A stretch of DNA of 33,930 nt from Dehalococcoidia bacterium. GTDB lineage: Bacteria; Chloroflexota; Dehalococcoidia; UBA2979. The stretch's first letter is position 1, and every line of letters starts with the position of its first letter. The stretch is taken from NCBI GenBank assembly GCA_034420495.1, contig DAOULG010000183.1, positions 1-33,930 on the forward strand. Reading direction: 5' to 3'. A model generated the notes under the pieces. It ran no database searches. It was not told the origin of the DNA and saw only the letters and a list, made by a program, of their open reading frames with translations. Of the stretch, positions 1 to 7,304 are shown one piece after another. A program made the translations under genes and the position numbers.

Positions 1-617
1 GAGAGCTCGGAGAAGCGCAGCTCTCCCCCCGGCGTGACGGCGACCGGGAAGAGGCCGAAGGAGGTGCGGGCGCTGTGGAGGACGCGGCGGGAGCGGCTCG
101 CGACGTCGACGCGCACCAGGCTCTGCTCGTCGCCGCTGCTGGTGCGGTAGACGACGGCCGCGCCGTCTGGGGCGAGCGCCGGCGCGGCGATGAGATCGGC
201 GTCCCGCGCGAGGCGGGTCCGTTCGCCGCTCGCCACGTCGAGCAGCCAGAGCTCGGCCGGGCTGTCGCGCTGCGGGCGGGCGCCGGGCGGGAGCACGGTG
301 TAGGCGGCGAGCCCGCCGGCCATCTCCGGGGCTGGGCGGATGCCCCAGCCGGCGGCGTGCTCGACGCGGGCCACCGGCGTGCGGTCGGAGGGATCGGCGG
401 CGGGCGCGACGAAGATCTCGTCGGAGGTGGGCCCGAACTCGGCGAGGACGAGGTGCTGAGCGCGCGCCCCTGCGGGGGTCGCCCCCGGGGGCTCCGCCGC
501 CGGATCCTCGCCCGAGCGGCCGGCGAGGTAGAGGGCGGGCGCGGCGAGCGCGACCAGCGCGAGCACGGCGAGGAGGGCGGGGCGGCGCAGCGGGGTGCGG
601 CGTGGTGTGGCCATCAT
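1..617 (-). CDS. membrane-anchored or secreted beta-propeller (TolB/PD40-like repeat) protein, N-terminal part; 3' end outside the window
   Basis: Absent from the ORF track because it runs off the window. Hand translation of the reverse strand from ATG-ATG at 617/614 gives MMATPRRTPLRRPALLAVLALVALAAPALYLAGRSGEDP... with no stop down to base 1. It has a charged N-terminus and one hydrophobic helix, followed by segments such as LAPDGAAVVYRTSS typical of PD40/TolB propeller blades. Codons are GC3-rich. Confidence 0.5.
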   Translation of the reverse strand, partial: MMATPRRTPLRRPALLAVLALVALAAPALYLAGRSGEDPAAEPPGATPAGARAQHLVLAEFGPTSDEIFVAPAADPSDRTPVARVEHAAGWGIRPAPEMAGGLAAYTVLPPGARPQRDSPAELWLLDVASGERTRLARDADLIAAPALAPDGAAVVYRTSSGDEQSLVRVDVASRSRRVLHSARTSFGLFPVAVTPGGELRFSEL

Positions 618-759
618 GGCGACGCCGAGGGGCACTCGCCCCGGCAGGCCTTGCGCGCCGGACCCGAGGGCCGGCGCACCCCCCGGCGAGCAGCTCTCCC
701 GTCCCCTGCCCGGCGCCGCCACTCCCCGCGTGCGGACGGACTCCGGTGTGCTCGCGGCG

Positions 760-787
760 GGCTGGTCGCAGGTCGCTGCAGCCAGCC
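760..787. promoter_or_regulatory. imperfect inverted repeat/hairpin GGCTGG-TC-GCAG-gtcg-CTGC-AG-CCAGCC in the divergent intergenic region
   Basis: Hand pairing gives 6 bp, one G-U, one mismatch and 4 bp around a GTCG loop. It lies between the start of the minus-strand propeller gene (617) and the M50 protease gene (849). Chance stems are common at this GC content. Confidence 0.25.
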
Positions 788-810
788 GATTCACGATAGG
801 GGCGGCCGTG

Positions 811-842
811 AAACAGTGTCAACGAAAACTGTTTGCTACGCT
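811..842 (+). promoter_or_regulatory. AT-rich operator-like palindrome AAACAGT-N10-ACTGTTT (811-834) abutting an extended -10 TGCTACGCT (834-842)
   Basis: A perfect 7-bp inverted repeat sits in a locally AT-rich patch. The TG-n-TACGCT element ends 6 nt before the ATG at 849, so the M50 protease mRNA would be leaderless or nearly so. Confidence 0.4.
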
Positions 843-848
843 GATCGC

Positions 849-1592
849 ATGCTGCTCCGCTACGTCTCGGTGCTGGGCGATGCGCCGATGGCGTTCGCCA
901 TCCTCATAGCCGCCTTCGCCTTCTCGCTGCTCGTCGGGCTCGCCTTCCACGAGTTCATGCACGCCTACACGGCGGACCGCCTGGGGGATCCCACGCCGCG
1001 GCGGTTCGGGCGGCTCACGCTCGACCCCAGGGCGCACCTGGATCCGATCGGGTCGACGCTCATCTTCTTCATCGGCTTCGGGTGGGCGAAGCCGGTGCCG
1101 GTGAACCCGATGAACGCGCGGAACCCGGCCGGGGCGATGGCGACGATCGCGGCCGCCGGCCCGCTCACCAACCTGGCGGTCGCCGGCCTCGCCGGGATCC
1201 CGATCCGGCTCGGGCTGGTGCCGCCGCTCCATCCCTTCGTCGGCCCCGGCCTCGCCGAGCCCCTCGCCCACTACGCCGCCCGGAGCCCCGACAACATGCT
1301 GGGCCTCTTCCTGGGCACGGTCGTCCTGCTCAACGTGCTGCTGGCGGTCTTCAACCTGCTCCCGCTCGCGCCCCTCGACGGGTTCCGGGTCGCGGCCGGG
1401 CTCCTCCCGCCCGGGCTGGCGCGGCCGTTCGCCGCCGCCGAGCGGTGGGGGCCGGGGATCCTGATGCTCCTGATCTTCGCCCCCTTCCTCACGGGCGGCG
1501 CCGTCAACCCGCTCTACTCGGTGCTGGGGCCGCCGGTCGAGCTGCTGCTCGATCTCTTCGCTCCCGGCATCGGCAGACTCGCCTTCGGGTAG
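849..1592 (+). CDS. site-2 protease family (peptidase M50) intramembrane zinc metalloprotease
   Basis: This is the C-terminal 247 aa of track ORF 75..1592. It carries the HEFMH zinc motif (HExxH) in the first TM segment and the NLLPLAPLDG motif (NxxPxxxLDG), and is multi-pass hydrophobic. The start is placed at ATG 849, because the upstream part of the ORF is Arg/Gly/Ala-rich noise overlapping the minus-strand gene. Confidence 0.85.
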   Translation: MLLRYVSVLGDAPMAFAILIAAFAFSLLVGLAFHEFMHAYTADRLGDPTPRRFGRLTLDPRAHLDPIGSTLIFFIGFGWAKPVPVNPMNARNPAGAMATIAAAGPLTNLAVAGLAGIPIRLGLVPPLHPFVGPGLAEPLAHYAARSPDNMLGLFLGTVVLLNVLLAVFNLLPLAPLDGFRVAAGLLPPGLARPFAAAERWGPGILMLLIFAPFLTGGAVNPLYSVLGPPVELLLDLFAPGIGRLAFG

Positions 1593-1597
1593 CGGGG

Positions 1598-2140
1598 GTG
1601 CCGGGGCTGCGCCGCGCCCCCCTCCGGGCCGCCTACCGCGTGCGCCAGGTGCTGTGGGGGTTCCGCTCCGGGATCGCGCCGCCGGACCGGGAGCTCGTGC
1701 TCTCGCTGCTCTCGCCGGCGGAGCTCGCGCTCTTCGAGGCGATGGAGCCGCGCGACCAGGGCCACGCCGTGCGGACGCTCCGCTCGCTCGAGCGCGCAGG
1801 GCCCCACCCCGGGGGCGGCGCCGGCGCCGGCCGCGAGCTGCGCGTCGCCGCGCTGCTGCACGACGTCGGCAAGGGGGAGCTCGCCCTCTGGCACCGGGTC
1901 GCCTACGTCCTGCTCGGCGCCCTCCCGGGCGCCCCGCTCGACCGCCTCTGCCGCCCCGGCGGCGGCGCCCGGGGCGCGCTCTGGAGGCTCCGGCATCACC
2001 CGCGGCTCGGCGGCGCCCTGCTGCGCGAGGCGGGGAGCGCGCCGCGCGTCGTCGACCTCGTCGAGCGGCACCTCACCCCTGAGGACGCGGCGCGCGATCC
2101 CGACCTGCGGGCGCTGATGGAGGCCGACGGCAGATCCTGA
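1598..2140 (+). CDS. HD-domain metal-dependent phosphohydrolase (small, about 180 aa)
   Basis: This is the in-frame C-terminal part of track ORF 1082..2140. It has the AALLHDVGKG motif (the H..HD signature of HD domains) and a second RHHPRLG histidine cluster. GTG 1598 lies 6 nt after the M50 stop. The exact start is uncertain. Confidence 0.65.
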   Translation: MPGLRRAPLRAAYRVRQVLWGFRSGIAPPDRELVLSLLSPAELALFEAMEPRDQGHAVRTLRSLERAGPHPGGGAGAGRELRVAALLHDVGKGELALWHRVAYVLLGALPGAPLDRLCRPGGGARGALWRLRHHPRLGGALLREAGSAPRVVDLVERHLTPEDAARDPDLRALMEADGRS

Positions 2141-2170
2141 CCGCCGCCGCGCGGGTGCGCGCCGGCCGCG

Positions 2171-2179
2171 TGCTACGAT
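2171..2179 (+). promoter_or_regulatory. extended -10 promoter element TGCTACGAT upstream of tyrA
   Basis: TG-n-TACGAT lies 49 nt upstream of the tyrA ATG. The 12-mer GTGCTACGATCG (2170-2181) recurs identically at 16697-16708 upstream of ribF. Confidence 0.4.
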
Positions 2180-2227
2180 CGGCGGCCCGCCGCTCTGCCG
2201 TGCGTCGCGGGGGATCAGGGGGGACCG

Positions 2228-3259
2228 ATGCCGCGCGTCGCGATTCTGGGCACCGGGCTGATCGGCACCTCGATCGGCCTCCGGCTTCACAGCCACGGCC
2301 GCACCGACGGGCTTTCGGTGGTGGGCTGGGACCGCGATCCGGAGCATGCCGCCGCGGCCCGCGAGCGGGGGGCGGTGGCCGAGGTCGCGGCGAGCGTCCC
2401 CGAGGCGGTCGAGGGGGCGTGGCTCGTCGTGCTGGCGGCCCCCGTGCTCGCGCTGCGGGCCCTGCTCGAGGAGGTCGGCGCCGAGGCGGCCGGCGGCCGC
2501 ATCGCCCAGAACGCGGTCGTCACCGACACCGGCTCCACCAAGGCCGACGTGATGGCATGGGCGGAGGAGTCGCTGCCCGCCTCCGTCTCCTTCGTCGGCG
2601 GCCACCCCATGGCGGGTCGCACGGACTCCGGCCCCGCCGCGGCCGACGGGGCCCTCTTCGAGGGGGCGCGCTGGGTGATGGTCCCCGCGCGGAGCGCGCC
2701 GGGCGGCGCCGTCGAGACCGTCACCAGCCTCATCAACACGATGGGCGCCGAGCCGATGTTCATGGACGCGGAGGAGCACGACGCGTACGTCGCCGCCGTC
2801 TCGCACCTGCCGCTCGCGGCCGCGGTCGCGCTCTTCACGCTGGTGCGCGGCTCCGAGGCCTGGCCGGAGATGTCGATGCTCGCCTCGACCGGCTTCCTCG
2901 GCGCCACCCGTCTCGCGCAGAGCGACACCTCGATGGCCTACGACATCCTCGCGACGAACCGCGAGCAGGTGGCCCACTGGCTCGGGCGCTACGGCGAGGC
3001 CCTCGCGCGCTTCCGCGACGGCCTGCTCGACGAGGAGGGGGGCGAGGCCCTCTTCCGCGCGCTCGGCGAGGCGAACCTCGACTACGCGCGCCTCGCCTCC
3101 GGCGAGGTGGGGCGCGACGCCTGGACGCCGTCGCAGAGCGACATCCCCTCGATGTCGGCCTTCGACCTGCTGCTCGGCGGGGCGCTCACCGACAAGATGC
3201 GCGAGTGGCGCGAGGGCCAGGGACGCGACGGCGACCGGGACGGCCGCCGCCGGCGGTGA
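2228..3259 (+). CDS. tyrA: prephenate (TyrA-family) dehydrogenase
   Basis: 343-aa ORF with an N-terminal Rossmann motif VAILGTGLIGTSIG and the GGHPMAG motif typical of TyrA enzymes. A purine-rich RBS (GGGGGATCAGGGGGGA) precedes the ATG. Confidence 0.9.
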   Translation: MPRVAILGTGLIGTSIGLRLHSHGRTDGLSVVGWDRDPEHAAAARERGAVAEVAASVPEAVEGAWLVVLAAPVLALRALLEEVGAEAAGGRIAQNAVVTDTGSTKADVMAWAEESLPASVSFVGGHPMAGRTDSGPAAADGALFEGARWVMVPARSAPGGAVETVTSLINTMGAEPMFMDAEEHDAYVAAVSHLPLAAAVALFTLVRGSEAWPEMSMLASTGFLGATRLAQSDTSMAYDILATNREQVAHWLGRYGEALARFRDGLLDEEGGEALFRALGEANLDYARLASGEVGRDAWTPSQSDIPSMSAFDLLLGGALTDKMREWREGQGRDGDRDGRRRR

Positions 3260-3296
3260 GCCGCGCTCCCGCCGGGGGTCCGGGAGGCGTGATCGG

Positions 3297-4652
3297 ATGA
3301 GCGAGAGCCGCACCGTCCGGCCGGCGGCTCGCCTCCGGGGCACCGTCTCCGTGCCGGGCGACAAGTCGATCACGCACCGCGCCCTCATGCTCGGGGCGCT
3401 CTCGGGCGGCGCCTCGCGCATCGAGCGCTTCCTCGACGCCGCGGACACCCGCGCGACCCTCTCCTGTCTCCGCGCGCTCGGCGCCGAGGTCGAGGAGATC
3501 GCCGGCCCGGGAGCCGAGGGGGGCGCGCTGCTGGTGCGCGGGAGCGGGCGCTCAGGGCTCGCCGAGCCCGCAGACGTCCTCGACTGCGAGAACTCCGGAA
3601 CGACGATCCGCCTCCTGAGCGGCCTCCTCTCCGGGCTGCCCGGCCTCGCCGTGCTGACGGGCGACGCCTCCCTGCGCCGGCGTCCCATGGCGCGCGTCGT
3701 CGGCCCCCTGCGCGAGCTGGGCGCCGACGTCACGGCGAGCGCCGGCGGCACCCGGGCCCCGCTGGTCGTGCGGGGCGGCGCGCTCCCGGGGGGACGGCGC
3801 GTCGAGACGCCCGTCGCCTCGGCGCAGGTGAAGTCGGCGCTCCTGCTCGCCGCGCTCGCGGCGGACGGGCCGACCACCGTGGTCGAGCCGCAGGCGACGC
3901 GCGATCACACCGAGCGCATGCTCGCCGCCCGCGGCGCGGGCATCGCGCGCGAGCCGGTCGAGGGCGGCGGCGTCGCGGTGACGCTCTCGCCGCCCGAGGG
4001 CGATCTCGAGCCCGCCGACGTGCGGGTGCCCGGCGACCTGAGCGCGGCGGCGTTCTGGCTGGCGGCGGCCGCGCTCCATCCCGACGCGGAGCTGACCCTC
4101 GCCGGCGTCGGCGTCAACGAGACGCGCAGCGGCATCCTGGACGTCCTGCAGGGGATGGGCGCGACCGTCGAGCGGCTGGAGGAGCGCCGGGTAGGCGGCG
4201 AGCCGGTAGCGGACCTCCACGTCGAGAGCTCGCAGCTCGCCGGCATGCGCGTCGACGGCGAGCTGGCGCTGCGCGCCATCGACGAGCTGCCGCTGGTGGC
4301 CCTCGCCGGGGCGCTCGCCTCGGGCGAGACGGTGATCGCCGATGCGGCGGAGCTCCGCGTGAAGGAGAGCGATCGCATCGCCGAGACGGCGGGCATGCTC
4401 CGGGCGTTCGGGGCGGAGGTCGAGGAGCGGCCGGACGGCATGGCGATCGCCGGAGGGGCGACCCTCCGCGGCGCCCGCGTCGACGCGCGCGGCGATCACC
4501 GCCTCGCGATGGTCGCCGCCGTCGCCGGCCTCCTGGCGGCGGGCGAGACCGTCGTCGAGGGGGCGGGGGCGGTAGCGGTGTCGTATCCTCGCTTCTGGTC
4601 GGAGCTCGAGCGCCTGCGCGGTGGACCGCGCGCCGGCCGGGAGACGCCGTAG
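3297..4652 (+). CDS. aroA: 3-phosphoshikimate 1-carboxyvinyltransferase (EPSP synthase)
   Basis: 451-aa ORF with the hallmark motifs VPGDKSITHRALML and NSGTTIRLLSG and the C-terminal DHRLAM motif. A GGGAGG RBS sits at 3282-3287. Confidence 0.95.
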   Translation: MSESRTVRPAARLRGTVSVPGDKSITHRALMLGALSGGASRIERFLDAADTRATLSCLRALGAEVEEIAGPGAEGGALLVRGSGRSGLAEPADVLDCENSGTTIRLLSGLLSGLPGLAVLTGDASLRRRPMARVVGPLRELGADVTASAGGTRAPLVVRGGALPGGRRVETPVASAQVKSALLLAALAADGPTTVVEPQATRDHTERMLAARGAGIAREPVEGGGVAVTLSPPEGDLEPADVRVPGDLSAAAFWLAAAALHPDAELTLAGVGVNETRSGILDVLQGMGATVERLEERRVGGEPVADLHVESSQLAGMRVDGELALRAIDELPLVALAGALASGETVIADAAELRVKESDRIAETAGMLRAFGAEVEERPDGMAIAGGATLRGARVDARGDHRLAMVAAVAGLLAAGETVVEGAGAVAVSYPRFWSELERLRGGPRAGRETP

Positions 4653-4705
4653 GCACGCCCCCCGACCCCGGAGGTGAGGCGCCGGCGGGAGCCGAGGGGC
4701 GGGCG

Positions 4706-4969
4706 ATGCGCACCGAGCTCATCCACGTCGGGTTCGACAGCTACGTCGCGCTCGACCGCGTGCTGGCCGTGGCCTCTCCGGGCTCCGCGCCCGTGAAGCG
4801 CATGGTGCAGCACGGGAAGGAGCGACGCCGCGCCGTCGACCTGACGAGCGGGCGGCGCACCAAGGCCGTGCTCGTGCTGGACGACGACTGGGTCGCGCTG
4901 ATCCCGATCACCCCCGAGACCTTCGCCGGGCGCGTCGCCCAGGCGCGGGAGCCGGGCGCGACCGGGTGA
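4706..4969 (+). CDS. remA: RemA/YlzA-like DUF370 regulatory protein
   Basis: 87-aa ORF beginning MRTELIHVGFDSYVALDRVLAVASPGSAPVKRMV..., which closely follows the RemA pattern (INIGFGN.V...R..A.V.P.SAP.KR). It sits in the classic position directly upstream of gmk. Confidence 0.85.
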   Translation: MRTELIHVGFDSYVALDRVLAVASPGSAPVKRMVQHGKERRRAVDLTSGRRTKAVLVLDDDWVALIPITPETFAGRVAQAREPGATG

Positions 4970-5586
4970 AGAGCCCCCCGCCGGGCGGCGACGGCGCGGG
5001 GCGGCGGCGGCTCCTCGTCGTGCTCTCGGGCCCCTCCGGGACGGGGAAGGACTCCGTCATCGCCCGGCTCAGGGAGCGGCGCGACGGCTTCCGGGTGCCG
5101 GTCACGATGACGACGCGCGCGCCCCGGCCCGGCGAGCGGGACGGCCGGGACTACATCTTCGTGAGCGAGGAGGAGTTCGAGCGCCGCATCGACGCCGGCG
5201 AGCTCCTCGAGCACGCCCGCGTCTACGGACGCCTCTACGGCGTCCCGCGCTCGGAGCTCCGCCGCGCCCTGGAGGGCGCCGACGCCATCGTGCGCGTCGA
5301 CGTGCAGGGTGCGGCGACGCTCCGGGCGCGCCTTCCGGGGGCGCTCCTCGTCTACCTCGAGCCCGACTCCCCCGGGCGCCTCGAGGAGCGGCTGCGCGCA
5401 CGCGGCGAGGCGGAGGAGGAGATCGACCGCCGGCTCCGGGCGGCGGAGGCGGAGGACGGCCGCCGCGAGCACTTCGACCACGTGCTGCGGAACGTGGAGG
5501 GGGATCTCGACGCGACGGTCGACGGGCTGCTCGCGATCATCGAGCGGGAGCGGAGCCGCCCGGACCGGCCGGCGCTCGACCCGTAG
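4966..5586 (+). CDS. gmk: guanylate kinase
   Basis: 206-aa ORF with the P-loop LSGPSGTGKDS and the TTRAPRPGERDGRDYIFV motif. GTG 4966 overlaps the remA stop (GTGA). Confidence 0.93.
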   Translation: MKSPPPGGDGAGRRRLLVVLSGPSGTGKDSVIARLRERRDGFRVPVTMTTRAPRPGERDGRDYIFVSEEEFERRIDAGELLEHARVYGRLYGVPRSELRRALEGADAIVRVDVQGAATLRARLPGALLVYLEPDSPGRLEERLRARGEAEEEIDRRLRAAEAEDGRREHFDHVLRNVEGDLDATVDGLLAIIERERSRPDRPALDP

Positions 5587-5626
5587 GGCCGGCCGCCGCC
5601 GACCGCAGCCGGCCCGCCGGCTCGCG

Positions 5627-5656
5627 TTGACACTACTCCGCGCCCGGCCGTAGCCT
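5627..5656 (+). promoter_or_regulatory. candidate sigma-70-type promoter TTGACA-N18-TAGCCT for the trp genes
   Basis: A perfect -35 hexamer lies at 5627-5632, followed by an 18-nt spacer and a TAnnnT-type -10 at 5651-5656. It sits in the 224-nt gap between gmk and trpE. Confidence 0.45.
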
Positions 5657-5677
5657 CGATGAGACGGCCGCTCGGCA

Positions 5678-5706
5678 CCCGCCCGGCGCGCCTGAGAGCG
5701 GGCGGG
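5678..5706 (+). promoter_or_regulatory. leader hairpin 1: CCCGCCCG / CGGGCGGG (8 bp) with a 13-nt loop
   Basis: A perfect 8-bp stem was found by hand. The loop is GCGCGCCTGAGAG. It lies in the predicted trpE 5' leader. Confidence 0.35.
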
Positions 5707-5726
5707 ACCGGGTCACGCCGTGCCGG

Positions 5727-5755
5727 GGACCATCGCGGGGCGATGGTCCTTCTCT
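5727..5755 (+). terminator. leader hairpin 2: GGACCATCG-(C)GGGG-CGATGGTCC followed by TTCTCT; an intrinsic-terminator-like candidate attenuator
   Basis: A perfect 9-bp stem (10 bp if C5736:G5740 pair) is followed immediately by a pyrimidine/U-rich tract. It ends 56 nt upstream of the trpE GTG. Confidence 0.45.
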
Positions 5756-5810
5756 ATGAGGAGGACCGGCCGCGGCCGGCGCTCCGCAGGCCGCCCCCGG
5801 GGAAGCAGCC

Positions 5811-7295
5811 GTGACCGAGCATATCCCGGCGCTCGACGAGGTGAGGCGGTTCGCGGCCGAGCGGCGACCCGCCGGGGAGACGGTGGTCCCCGTCTTCCGC
5901 GAGGTGCGGGCGGACCTCGAGACGCCGGTCTCCGCCTACGTGAAGCTGGCGCGGGGCCCCTACTCGTTCCTGCTGGAGTCGGCCGACGGCGGAGAGCGCG
6001 TGGGGCGCTACTCCTTCATCGGGACCGATCCGTACCGCGTCCTCAGGTGCGAGCGGGAGGACGGCGACCCCCTCCGCGTCATCGAGGAGGAGCTCTCCGG
6101 CTGGCGGGCCGTGCGCGTGCCGGGGCTTCCCCGCTTCCACGGCGGCGCGGTCGGCTACATCGGGTACGAGGCCGTCTCCCACTTCGAGCCCCGCGTCCCG
6201 TCGCCGGAGTGCGACGCGCTCGGCGTGCCGGAGTCGTGGCTGATGTTCTGCGACACCCTGGTCGTCTTCGATCACCTCCTCCACACGATGAAGGTGGTGG
6301 CGCACGTGCGCCTCGACGGGGACGTCGAGGAGGCCTACCGGGCGGCGCAGGCGCGCATCGACGAGCTGGTCGGCCGCCTGGCGCAGCCGCTCTCGTCGCT
6401 CCCCTACACCCCGCTGGTCGGGACGACGGGCGAGGCCGCCGTGTCGAACTGGGAGCGCGCCGACTATCTCGCGGCCGTCAGGCGCACGCGCGAGTACATC
6501 GAGGCGGGCGACGCGATCCAGGTGGTGCTCTCGCAGCGCTTCTCGCGGCGGACGGGGGCGCAGCCCTTCGAGGTCTACCGGTCGCTCCGCGCCATCAACC
6601 CCTCGCCCTACATGTACTTCCTCCGCTTCGACGACGCCTACCTGGTGGGGGCGTCGCCGGAGCTCCTGGTGAAGATCGAGGACGGCCGCGTCGAGAACCA
6701 CCCGATCGCCGGGACGCGCCGGCGCGGCGCGAGCGCGAGCGAGGACGCCCGTCTCGGCGAGGAGCTGCTCGCCGACCCGAAGGAGCGCGCCGAGCACGTC
6801 ATGCTGCTCGACCTCGCGAGGAACGACGTGGGCCGGGTCGCCGAGGTGGGGAGCGTCCGGGTCACGCAGCGCTTCGATCTCGAGCACTACTCGCACGTGA
6901 TCCACATGGTGTCGCACGTCGAGGGGCGGCTGCGGGAGGGGCTCTCCCCCTACGACGCGCTCCGGGCCTCCTTCCCCGCGGGGACGGTCTCCGGGGCGCC
7001 GAAGATCCGCGCCATGGAGATCATCACCGAGCTCGAGCCCGACCGGCGCGGCCCCTACGCCGGCGCCGTCGGCTTCTTCGACATGTCGGGCAACGTCGAG
7101 ACCTGCATCACCATCCGGACGGTCCTGATGCGGGACGGCGTGGCGCACGTCCAGGCGGGAGGCGGCCTCGTCTACGACTCCGTGCCGGAGCGCGAGTTCG
7201 AGGAGACCGAGCACAAGGCGCGCGCGCTGATCGCCGCCATCGACGACGCGGAGGAGCGGGCGGCCCGCGTCATCCCCGGCAGCCTCGGCTACTAG
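5811..7295 (+). CDS. trpE: anthranilate synthase component I
   Basis: 494-aa ORF with the LLESADGG, GAVGYIGYE, PSPYMYFL and GAPKIRAMEII motifs characteristic of TrpE. It has a GTG start. Confidence 0.95.
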   Translation: MTEHIPALDEVRRFAAERRPAGETVVPVFREVRADLETPVSAYVKLARGPYSFLLESADGGERVGRYSFIGTDPYRVLRCEREDGDPLRVIEEELSGWRAVRVPGLPRFHGGAVGYIGYEAVSHFEPRVPSPECDALGVPESWLMFCDTLVVFDHLLHTMKVVAHVRLDGDVEEAYRAAQARIDELVGRLAQPLSSLPYTPLVGTTGEAAVSNWERADYLAAVRRTREYIEAGDAIQVVLSQRFSRRTGAQPFEVYRSLRAINPSPYMYFLRFDDAYLVGASPELLVKIEDGRVENHPIAGTRRRGASASEDARLGEELLADPKERAEHVMLLDLARNDVGRVAEVGSVRVTQRFDLEHYSHVIHMVSHVEGRLREGLSPYDALRASFPAGTVSGAPKIRAMEIITELEPDRRGPYAGAVGFFDMSGNVETCITIRTVLMRDGVAHVQAGGGLVYDSVPEREFEETEHKARALIAAIDDAEERAARVIPGSLGY

Positions 7296-7304
7296 GGGCG
7301 GGCC

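Noticed and set aside
75-848. N-terminal extensions of track ORFs: 75..848 before the M50 protease, 1082..1597 before the HD protein, 8278..8898 before trpD, 11472..11573 before trpB, 12840..13511 before trpA, 14402..14821 before DAHPS, 21551..21766 before EF-G, and 29794..30441 before the GNAT.
   Set aside because: The extensions overlap the preceding well-supported gene or a divergent gene and are Arg/Gly/Pro-rich. In each case an internal ATG/GTG sits exactly at a stop/start overlap or behind a Shine-Dalgarno-like purine run, and gives the N-terminus expected for the family.
1514-3877. 787-aa minus-strand ORF. Similar very long ORFs occur at 5720..8113 (+), 5754..8195 (-), 9458..10705 (-), 11343..13025 (-), 15579..17582 (-), 19059..21761 (-), 25412..27871 (-), 31754..33574 (-) and elsewhere.
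   Set aside because: They lie antisense to, or out of frame with, genes that carry unmistakable catalytic motifs. Their translations are dominated by Arg/Ala/Gly/Pro runs with no motifs. At this GC content stop codons are rare in every frame, so long open frames are expected by chance.
5657-5760. T-box riboswitch, TRAP (G/U)AG-repeat site, or TPP-like element (the CUGAGA in the loop at 5691-5698) in the trpE leader.
   Set aside because: The best T-box-like stretch (GGGGACCAUCGCG) matches the conserved GGGUGGUACCGCG at only about 8 of 13 positions, and there is no UGG specifier outside the terminator arm. Only a few scattered GAG/UAG triplets are present, against the 9-11 regularly spaced ones TRAP needs. 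CUGAGA alone, without the rest of the THI-box and upstream of a trp gene, is not meaningful.
5659-5814. 51-codon upstream ORF in the trpE leader (MRRPLGTRPARLRAGG...), ending in a TGA that overlaps the trpE GTG. Considered as a possible leader peptide.
   Set aside because: It contains no Trp codons. Its ATG lies only 3 nt after the predicted -10 hexamer, so it would not be on the transcript. Its composition is typical GC noise.
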